This document shows, one piece after another, positions 55,501 through 64,000 of a DNA stretch of 64,000 nucleotides. The notes under the pieces are model-generated. The model searched no databases. It was given only the letters and a program-made list of their open reading frames with translations, and was not told where the DNA came from. The position numbers and the translations under genes were made by a program. The DNA is from an uncultured delta proteobacterium (lineage in GTDB: Bacteria; Desulfobacterota; Binatia; UBA9968), in NCBI GenBank assembly GCA_963737905.1, contig CAVTUQ010000028.1:128001-192000 (forward strand), written 5' to 3'. Position 1 is the stretch's first letter; each line of letters begins with the position of its first letter.

Positions 55501-56931
55501 TCAAGAAACACTCCGGCCCGCAAAGTGGATATATAACCGCGAAAGCCCAATCCAGGCTAGCAAGGCATAATTGACCAGCACCAGTTCCAGCATGGATCGC
55601 ACCCCGCCAAAAAGTGACATCGTCAGAGTGGCATATATGATGACGGCGCTAAAGGTCGCGCGCTGCGTCAGCAGTTGGCTCGCCACACCTGACAGTCTGC
55701 CGTAAAACCAGCCGCCCAATGCGATCCCAATGAAACCGGCTGCCATATACAGTTCGCCGATTACCGAGGTAGACAATGAAACTCCTCTCGCCCCTGTTGC
55801 CGATGGTAAGTCAAAACCGGGATCTACCGGCTTGTCTGGCCAGAACACCCGTGGGATCGGCCGAACCAGCACATAGACGAAGTACTTGTAATAGGTATGC
55901 GGATAGTAATCCGGGATCAATTCAATGATTTGGCACAACCGATAAAAATTGTCATCAACGCGAAGGTGAGCCTGTTCTAAAATCGGTTCGTTCTTCTCGC
56001 TTTCAAAGAGCGCCGCCAGACCGACCCGCCGGTACTCCAGCATTACTTGCAAAGAAAGCAGAAGCGCCGCGACTGCCGCAGCGCCGATGAGCAGGTGCTT
56101 GGTCCGAAGACGCTGCTCGGTCAGCGCCCAGGTAATAAAGGCTATACCGAAGACGACACCGATCACACGGCGGCTTCCGCTCTGTGATAGAAAGACCATC
56201 ATGATGATGGCCATCGCGCCGCACAACAGAGTCCGAGCATTGCCCCAGCCGGCCCGACGGCCGACGATGACCGCAAGGGCTGGCAAGATATACCCAAAGT
56301 ATTGCAACTGATCTAAAAACGCATCCCATCCTCCTAGTTGCCCGCGCCCCCACGGCGCCGCCCAACGACCTTGGCCTACGTAATACCACATTTCGGCCAC
56401 GTCAAAGTTCGTCGGAATAGCGAACTTCAACATTCCCAGGATAAACGCGGCAACTGCTAACGAAAAAAATGCCTGAGTCGAAAACTCTTCTGACACGGAT
56501 CTGACAAGGGCGGCCGGCGCTCTCCACGGACGATAGGCAACGGCTACCCATGATGCGACGACAAACAAACCGATGGCAATGAATGCGCTTTTAATCTGTT
56601 CCGGCGAGATCCCCCGCATCGGGTAAACTCCTTGCAACAGGTCCAAAAGCAGCCAATAGATCGGAGCCAACGCCAACAAATATTCGGCACGCAAGAGCGA
56701 CTTCGGAGAGCGAATAGCTGCAGCCAATGGTGCCGCCGCCAGGCCAACGGCCATCAAGAGCGCCGAGAGGAACAAGGCTCCTTGTGGAGCTGGATCGTCC
56801 GGGATGAAACTGACCGCTAACAACGTACCCAAACCGGTCGCGACGATTCCCAGCTCCGCGTATTCTTGAGGTGCGGCGTGATCGGCAGCACTCTCAAGCG
56901 TGCCGGCGCCAGTGTAGACAGAGGACTGCAT
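55501..56931 (-). CDS. Polysaccharide polymerase (Wzy-like) membrane protein
   Basis: Many TM segments, SGSRR, PIPRVFWPDKP, IGELY..GF. Confidence 0.7.
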   Translation of the reverse strand: MQSSVYTGAGTLESAADHAAPQEYAELGIVATGLGTLLAVSFIPDDPAPQGALFLSALLMAVGLAAAPLAAAIRSPKSLLRAEYLLALAPIYWLLLDLLQGVYPMRGISPEQIKSAFIAIGLFVVASWVAVAYRPWRAPAALVRSVSEEFSTQAFFSLAVAAFILGMLKFAIPTNFDVAEMWYYVGQGRWAAPWGRGQLGGWDAFLDQLQYFGYILPALAVIVGRRAGWGNARTLLCGAMAIIMMVFLSQSGSRRVIGVVFGIAFITWALTEQRLRTKHLLIGAAAVAALLLSLQVMLEYRRVGLAALFESEKNEPILEQAHLRVDDNFYRLCQIIELIPDYYPHTYYKYFVYVLVRPIPRVFWPDKPVDPGFDLPSATGARGVSLSTSVIGELYMAAGFIGIALGGWFYGRLSGVASQLLTQRATFSAVIIYATLTMSLFGGVRSMLELVLVNYALLAWIGLSRLYIHFAGRSVS

Positions 56932-56958
56932 TGATCTACAAATTCAAAAGGGCGGAAG

Positions 56959-57177
56959 CTAAGGAGTCCACGCTAAATATCGTCGTTGAGGCCCGACCTT
57001 GCGGACATTTCGCGGAGGATACCAGGGTTTCGCAAAAACTTTCGTAACACAGTTGTGATCCCGTTGCCGGAGAGCTCGTCGCAGGATTACACCGTTCACG
57101 TTGTCACGCACTACATTGCCGCAAAACCTCGATGAAATAACTGGAAGTTTCCACGCCTGAGCCTCCAACTGCGTCAA
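56959..57177 (-). pseudogene. C-terminal remnant of a GT4 glycosyltransferase
   Basis: TQLEAQAWKLPVISS...VVRDNVNGVIL with no N-terminal part. Confidence 0.55.
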
Positions 57178-57323
57178 TTAGCCAACTTCCCTTAACGGCT
57201 CGAGGAAGACGTCTCTACGCCAACGGTCAACTACGGTTCTGTCATCATAATAAGCGAATGAATAGGCTCGTATTCATTTTGGACGAAGCAAGCGACGATG
57301 AGTTGTAATCGCTTACACGCGGG

Positions 57324-58349
57324 TCAAGACGAAGCTACTTGAGAGGATCGGAATCCATGGGAGGTCTTCACGGGCGGCAAAGAAACAGCGATATTCGACA
57401 CCAATTGCGGTCCATGCTTTTTGAGCGAGCGGTGTAGTCGGTATATTCCCCGCGGCACGGGGCGCCGCTCTTTCCACCACACAAAGCAATCTACATACCC
57501 GCGCCCAATACCCTGGAACATGTTATTGTATCGCCGCACCTGGTACGCCGAAGCGAAGCCATTTAGCGTTGTGCCCAGAAGATGGATGGGGAAATAGGGC
57601 ATCGGTACGTTATGCCAGGCAAACAAGATATCGTTACGGCGACTGTAATAATCTATCCGCCGCAGATCACGTCGTGGCGACTCCATGTGGTGAATGGGAT
57701 CAGCGTTGCCCAGCCGTGTCACGTAGCCGGCACTCATCATACGTAGGCAAAGATCTCCTTCCTCGCCCATTATGAACAAGTGCTCGCGGAAACCTCCAAC
57801 CTTTAGGAAAATGTCCCGACGGACAGCGTGAGCCGCGCCAACAAATGCAAAAGTTACATAGATTCCCTTACTGTCCGGCGCGCGTTGTTGGATCTCGCGA
57901 TCCTGCCTCACGTTGATGTAGGGTATACCTACTGCCCCAATTCGATTATCAGAAAACTCACTTAGTGTTTGCTCAACAGTATTTTTCGAAACAAAAACTG
58001 TGTCATCGTCAATGGGAAAAACTACGTTGCACGATGCCAATTCAATACCGCGGTTGCGCTGGAACGCTGGCCCGCGACCTGTGCCAAGCCGATGATAGCA
58101 CACCTGCGGAAACTCTCGGTGAATCAATTCCGCAGTACCATCGTTGCTGCCATCATCCATGACGTGGACTTCCACAGAAACGGTCTGTATAAGCACGGAT
58201 TTTAACAAGTTGCGCAATTCATCCGCCCGATCTCGAGTCGGAATCACAATTGAGGCGAGCGGCTTGCTGTGCGGTGCCTTCGGCAATTCACCACAACCCC
58301 CTGTGAGCGCTTCAACTTCTACTGCCTGAAAGGAGTCGAACTCGTTCAC
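57324..58349 (-). CDS. GT2 glycosyltransferase
   Basis: SIVIPTRDR, DDGSND, QRNRGI, IDDD, GEEGDL. Confidence 0.88.
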   Translation of the reverse strand: MNEFDSFQAVEVEALTGGCGELPKAPHSKPLASIVIPTRDRADELRNLLKSVLIQTVSVEVHVMDDGSNDGTAELIHREFPQVCYHRLGTGRGPAFQRNRGIELASCNVVFPIDDDTVFVSKNTVEQTLSEFSDNRIGAVGIPYINVRQDREIQQRAPDSKGIYVTFAFVGAAHAVRRDIFLKVGGFREHLFIMGEEGDLCLRMMSAGYVTRLGNADPIHHMESPRRDLRRIDYYSRRNDILFAWHNVPMPYFPIHLLGTTLNGFASAYQVRRYNNMFQGIGRGYVDCFVWWKERRPVPRGIYRLHRSLKKHGPQLVSNIAVSLPPVKTSHGFRSSQVASS

Positions 58350-58777
58350 ATCATCATCTCGCTATGAGCAATCGGCGCTCGCCCTTCAGTGATCAGTTTG
58401 GGCAACTCCAAAGACGATGGCCCAGCTCCGAAATCCAGATAACCGGAGAGACCGGCCCGTTCCGTTGCTACTAGCCCACAGTCGTCCCAAACTTGCCTTT
58501 CACAGGGATCAATTGCGGTGTGTTGACCTTTTGGCTCCCTCCCCAAATCTCTGTGGCTCGCGGTAAAAACAAGAGCGGATCCGCCGAAGCTGAGGCCAAC
58601 TTCCAGCGTTAACCGTGGTTTCAGCTCCATACTGAGGTTTCGCAAGGTGGCAAGATTGTTCTCACTCGAAAGCGCACCCAATTCTTTGAATGTTTTCTCA
58701 GTGCGTCCGACGGCTTAACGATTGCTCATCATAGCCTGTAGCTCCGGACAAAAACTGAATAATTACTTGGAAACCAT
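58346..58777 (-). pseudogene. Truncated class I SAM methyltransferase
   Basis: TLEVGLSFGGS, HTAIDP, S.LELPKL then abrupt end; internal stops near start. Confidence 0.55.
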
Positions 58778-58971
58778 ATTCGAGCGCAAGCTTTTTAATG
58801 GTGTGACTTTATGAGCGCTATTCCGCTCACGACCACGATACAGCCTAATACATGTTGTTTCCTGATGAATACAACCGAGTCTCGTGTTAATCCTGTTATA
58901 ACAGTACGCGTTTCATCGCCACCGCGTCCGTGAAGGGCCTCCACTGAAAAATGTAAGGCAGATCGGGGTAA

Positions 58972-59658
58972 TCATTTGATTGCTTCGACATAAAGCGATT
59001 CTGGAGCTCGGTCCTCGGAATCCAATAGAAGTGAGGGATCGCCTCCGTTCATAAAACTACGATGTTCTACCGAGGAGAAGCCAGATTTGAGCAGGAAGTA
59101 CCGGAGGGTCTCGAAGTCGTAGGCATAGAGATGACCGAAGTCTCTGAAGCACCGGTTGACATGCATTATCGCAGATATTGACTTATCGTCAGGACCCGGA
59201 AAAGTGACTCCTTTACCGTTTCGGGACTCTGAATATAGTTTCAAAAACAGCTCGCCGTCCGGAACGATCAGCCTCAATCTCCCCCTCTGTGAAAGAACAC
59301 GTTGAAACTCGGGCAGGACGTGCTTCGTAACCAGGTCCAACGGCAAGTGTTCCAAGCAGTGTTCTGTGTAGATCCCTTTTAAAGAACTCTCGGAAAACGG
59401 CAACCGCCACGTGAGATCCCACACAAGATTCACTCCAGGCTGCCAAATAAAGTCCAAATTCACATAGCCTTGAACTGGTTTCCTTCCACAACCCGCGTTA
59501 AGATATTTTGCATTCCGGATCGCCGACGACCAAATTTGCAATGGATTTTGTCTCATACACCATGATAGACACTCAGACGCCATCCTCCCGAACGGCGCCA
59601 AAGTTTGCGAACGAGTGATCACAATTCGTTGATCCCAAATGCGCGATTTCCAATTCAT
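58972..59658 (-). CDS. SAM-dependent methyltransferase domain protein
   Basis: LNAGCG, YVNLD, EHCLEHL, RLIVPD, SLYVEAIK. Confidence 0.8.
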   Translation of the reverse strand: MNWKSRIWDQRIVITRSQTLAPFGRMASECLSWCMRQNPLQIWSSAIRNAKYLNAGCGRKPVQGYVNLDFIWQPGVNLVWDLTWRLPFSESSLKGIYTEHCLEHLPLDLVTKHVLPEFQRVLSQRGRLRLIVPDGELFLKLYSESRNGKGVTFPGPDDKSISAIMHVNRCFRDFGHLYAYDFETLRYFLLKSGFSSVEHRSFMNGGDPSLLLDSEDRAPESLYVEAIK

Positions 59659-59675
59659 GAAATATGGCACGTGAT

Positions 59676-60693
59676 TCAAAGTTTGCCTTTTTGCACCACT
59701 TTATTTCGTAGAGGCCTTGAGTTCTTCAGGTGTTCCACACCCAAACAAATTGTTTCTTTGTGGCCTGCGACCATCGGCGATGGTCTTGCTTCGGACACGT
59801 GGAGAGTGGATAGACACGCCAGCAGCGGGAAGCCAACGAGATACCTGACGCGGCCCAACGCGGCGTTCCACGCGAACGTCGCTCGATACAATGCCCACGC
59901 TTCCCTATGGAGCCTCTGTTGCAAACAACCGAATGTCACCGGCCGGGTATGGCGGGTTAGAATCCGCCGCCGTTCCGTCGCCCGAGCCGACCCGCCTGGA
60001 TACGCACTAGATTGTTCCGCTCCAACGTTGACCCACGCGCCGGCAAGCGTGCGCTGCAGGTTCTTGACCTCGCTTACCTGGTGCTCCCGATAAGCAAAAG
60101 TCACGGGGTTAGTGATCTGAACGAAGCCCGGGGCTACGCCCAATCTCAACGCTAGGTCAGCATCCTCCCCGTTTACATGCTCATCGGTGAAGCCGCCGAC
60201 CGCCATAAACGTTTCTCGCCGTAGCACGAAGGAGGACACCCCAAACCAGCGCCACTCTTCCCCGGACGCAAGATAATCAGCGAATTGCTCGGCACGGACC
60301 GCTCCTTGACCTAGCTGTCTCCAGCTCGCTCTCATTCCAAAACCAATGAGGTTTACCTGCAATAAAGCTCGGGCAATTCTCATTTCTAGCAAATTCCGCA
60401 TAAACTTGCAGCGTCCACGGAAACCATAAATCATCGCTGTCAAGAAATGCGAGATACTCCCCTTTGGAGTGCCGCGCACCGAGATTGCGAGCGGCGCCTG
60501 GGCCACGATTGGGTTGCGTAAGAACAGTTATCTGGTTTTCCGACGATTTAAGATAATCTTGTGTTCCGTCCGTCGAACCATCGTCGACAACGATAACTTC
60601 ATAGTCCTTGAAATCTTGAGCAAATACGGACTTGAGGGTCGCCTGCACGAGATGCACCCGATTGTATGTTGGTATGATGACTGAAAAGAGCAC
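59676..60693 (-). CDS. GT2 glycosyltransferase (frameshifted)
   Basis: FSVIIPTYNR, VVDDGSTD, GPGAARN, FLDSDD; GEDADL. Confidence 0.85.
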
Positions 60694-60730
60694 GAATTGA
60701 GATTTCTCTTGGAACGTCTAAAACCTATGC

Positions 60731-61665
60731 TCAAGAGAGCATTCGCTTCCACTGTGCGAGTGTTTCCCGCAGCGGAGAATCCCAAAGTCCGATAGAGTAT
60801 GCGGTAGCGAAATCGTGCCGCGGCGCCACTAGGTACGAAGCCTGGCAGTGAGTGTTGGATTGTCGCCACGATGTCTGCTGCAAAATTTGGGTCATAAAGC
60901 CATGCGATACGAGCAATCTCAAACCGCGCTTGATTAATTGCCCGTAAGCGATTCTCTGTCATCTCGCTCTGCATACGCAGGAAATCTTCCGCGCGTTGCT
61001 CGATTTCCAAGCGCTGGCGATGCACCTCTGATATGTCACTCTTGCAGAGGGTGTGCTCGCTCCACTGCAGGTAAACTGCCCCGTTACTTGAATTGTAAGC
61101 AAACCGTTTCCCAGCCATGAGCAGGCGGAGATACAACTCATCTCTTGGCAGCAAGGCTGGTCAGGCTTCCAGCCACCTACGTCAAGAATTGCCTGCTTCC
61201 GCCAGAAGGTGCTGTCCGTTTGGGGTAGATACCATCGTGTGAGAAGAACCCAAGGATCGTGAGGTTCAGGGATCGGCAACAGCTCACGAAGCACCTTGCT
61301 CGCTGTCCAGTGTTCCAACGTTACAGGTCCAAAAACAACATCCATTTGGGGGTGCAGGGCAAGAAACTCCATCTGTTTTGTGACCTTGTTCGAAAGGAGG
61401 TAATCGTCTCATCCAGGTATTGCAGCCATTCACCCCTTGCAAGTTCGAGAAGGCGATTGCGCGCCGCGTTACCGCCGCGGTTAGGACCCGTTTCCCAGCG
61501 GATCCGGTCACCGAAACTTTTGATGACCTCCAGGCTTCCATCGGTCGAACCATCGTCAACAACGATGACTTCTTTTTCAGGCCAGGTTTGTGCTAGCGCA
61601 CTCTCGATTGCCTGAGCTATCCACCGTTCGGCTTTAAAGCAAGGAATAAGAATTGAAATGAGCAT
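60731..61665 (-). CDS. GT2 glycosyltransferase (frameshifted)
   Basis: ISILIPC, VVDDGSTD, GGNAARN, WLQYLD. Confidence 0.8.
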
Positions 61666-61800
61666 GTTTCCTATACTCTGCACATCTAGAAACAACTTGG
61701 ACGTTACTACAGACCCGTGGGCGCAATCGCTATCGATAGTTGATATGTGCTCTTCTTCGATTTAATTGTCTTGGTAGCGGCAAATTACCCTGATCGTACA

Positions 61801-62542
61801 TCAGAGATCAAAACCGAATTCGTGACGTTTGGCCTGTGTTAAGTACCGGCTGTTCATCAGCCGGCGCATCAACCATCGTTTGCTCCGCATGGTCGATGAC
61901 CAATGACCGGACCAATTTTCTCCTGAGTCCGTGGTATAAACCACCGCAGCAAACGGTAGTGGATTTATCGGAATAGATAACGTCTTCAAGTAATCCACAA
62001 CTAGATGATGCCCCTTGCTTAGTAGATAAAACTGACTCGAGTCTTCATGGAGCGATTTGGGAAGGTCCGCCCCAGTCACGTAGGAGACGCAGGAAGTGCC
62101 GCACACCGCATGAAAATCATGCAATTTCATAAGCCACTTTGATCCGTATCCATTGACCCATCCCGTTTCACAATACCATGCACCCCCTGACTTCGCCCCC
62201 CCCACAAACTCCGTGAGCCTTCTACTAACCAAGTCATCAGCGTCCGCTTTCATCAACCACATGGGGGCGAACTGCCGACGCAAATAAGGCCCGCTTTAAT
62301 TTTTACGTATTTGTCAAGCATCATTTCCTCTCGAGTCCCGGGCACTGGCGAATCAACACACTTAACAATTAAACGATGGTCCAATGGCAAATTCTCTGGC
62401 GGTTCGTGACAAGTAAGTAAGACTCTTACATCGGAATGCTCTTGGGCTAACATGGATTTTATTGAGCGCAGACAAAGATCCGAAGCTAACGCCAATCAGA
62501 GCATAGTTGTCGAGCTTTGAACGGAACTATGAAAACAAACAT
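61801..62542 (-). CDS. GT-A fold glycosyltransferase-like protein (frameshifted)
   Basis: MFVFIVP, CHEPP, DK..K, DADDLVS, CGTS. Confidence 0.6.
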
Positions 62543-62627
62543 GGACTGAACTTAATCCTTAAGATTGTTTTTCATAAATCCCGAAGACAAGAAACATCTT
62601 TCGCCGAACTCCCTTGCTCGTGGCCAG

Positions 62628-63160
62628 TCAAGCACGCCCTCGTATGCTAAGTCTCGACTCGCCACCTTTTCCGTCCGATTCGCTTCCGCCACAGGGAGTT
62701 GCCCGTCGCGGTAGATACCACCGCGCCAAGAGAATCCATTGGATCCTGTGACTCAGGTATGGGCAGAGCATTTGCAACGCGCATTCCTCTCGCTCCAATG
62801 CTCTACGGTCACAGGTCGTAAACGATATCCGCATTAGGGTTCATTGCCAAAAAGTCCATCTGGTATGAAATTTTCTGCGGCATCAATAGTCATCGGCGTC
62901 AAGATATTGGATCCACTCGCCGCACGCGAGTTCCAACAGCCGATTACGTGCAGCGCTGCCCCCGCGGGTTGGACCCGTCTCCAGGGGATTTGAAGCTCAA
63001 ACCTTTGATAACCTTCAAACTGCCATCGGTCGACCCGTCATCACCACAATGACTTCCTTTTACACTGTCTTTGCAATAGTGCGCTTTCAATCGCCTGCGT
63101 CATCCACCGATCCGCGTTGTAGCAAGGGATGAGGACCAATACGACGGGCAAAGCTATCGC
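62628..63160 (-). pseudogene. Degraded GT2 glycosyltransferase
   Basis: LIPCYNADRW..QAIESAL; resembles 60731-61665 N-terminus with many indels. Confidence 0.55.
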
Positions 63161-63186
63161 CTTAGCGGCAAAACTGGCGACTCACT

Positions 63187-63833
63187 TCATCGCTTCCACA
63201 CATAGCGAAAGTTACTCCAGTGGGGCTTGTCGTGGCCTGAGAGCATCGAATCCCGCGATACGTTGACGCTGGACCTATGAACTTCTGAGAACCCTGCTTC
63301 TATCAATCGTGTTTCCGCCGTCTCCCAGTCCCACGCGCTACGATGACGGTTAAATTTGTTGTCACGGAAACCGTAATCGATCATCTCAAGAGGCGTTCTT
63401 ACTGAAAGCGTCTGCATAGCATGATCAGGATATAGTTTGAAGATTTGCTGGCGCCTACTCTCATCCGGATCAAGAAAAATACGGAGAAAAACCTGAAGGT
63501 CCGGGACGACCATGCGAAAAACGCCCGCTGGCTTCAGGATGCGGTGACACTCACGAGCTAGTTTAAACACGTCTTCGTAGGAGAGGTGCTCTACCACGTG
63601 ATGTGCATAGATACCGGACCAAGTCTTGTCAGGGAATGGGAGAGGAAAACGCAGGTCAAGCCGTGCCTCAGCTTCTTCATTGAAAAAGAAGTCAGAATTA
63701 AGAAATCCTCCAATCTGCTCTGGCCGCTGCCCAATTGCAGATATCTCTTGCCGCCGGTGTCAAGCCAATTGGAGCTCAGAATCCTACCCTTGAAGGCGGT
63801 AAGCTCAAAACGCAAGGCATCCAATGAATCCAA
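63187..63833 (-). CDS. SAM-dependent methyltransferase domain protein (frameshifted; start uncertain)
   Basis: LQLGSG, VEHL, RILKPAG.FRMVVPDL. Confidence 0.7.
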
Positions 63834-64000
63834 AAGGTGAGGCTCAATCCAGTTTCGGGGGTGGAATCATCGTGACTATGGGTACAGATTTAGTCGACCG
63901 CGCCTATTTCGCCCATCAAAAACGCATCCTCAGTGTTACTTGGAACATGTAGCGTGCGCGTCAATCCATTCAACCAACCTAGTTGCGGAGGCATCGAATC

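Overview
Bacterial window, moderately GC-rich; the gene content (many solute-binding proteins, amidohydrolases, enolase-superfamily and LLM enzymes) resembles a Ca. Binatia-like deltaproteobacterial MAG, which is inference only. Left part (1-35.4 kb): catabolic and accessory genes (hydantoinase B, an XDH/CoxSML-like molybdoenzyme, a GrdE-like gene plus a UGA-containing GrdB-like selenoprotein with a SECIS-like hairpin, three type II TA modules, a divergent cyclase-fold pair) with many REP-like and short tandem-repeat hairpins between genes. Right part (36.9-64 kb): a minus-strand surface-polysaccharide locus (GTs, methyltransferases, wzy-like, asnB-like, carbamoyltransferase, gmd, fcl, priming transferase) with many frameshifts, probably partly read errors. 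The most striking signal is at 35.4-53 kb: at least six families of degenerate 7-nt tandem repeats in a polarised arrangement (G-rich arm at stops, complementary C-rich arm before starts). They form hairpins that bring stop and start codons together, insert in frame into enzyme loops, and bracket two near-identical cassettes encoding a four-helix-bundle (IVP/Avd-like) protein. Boundaries of frameshifted genes are approximate; no database searches were run.
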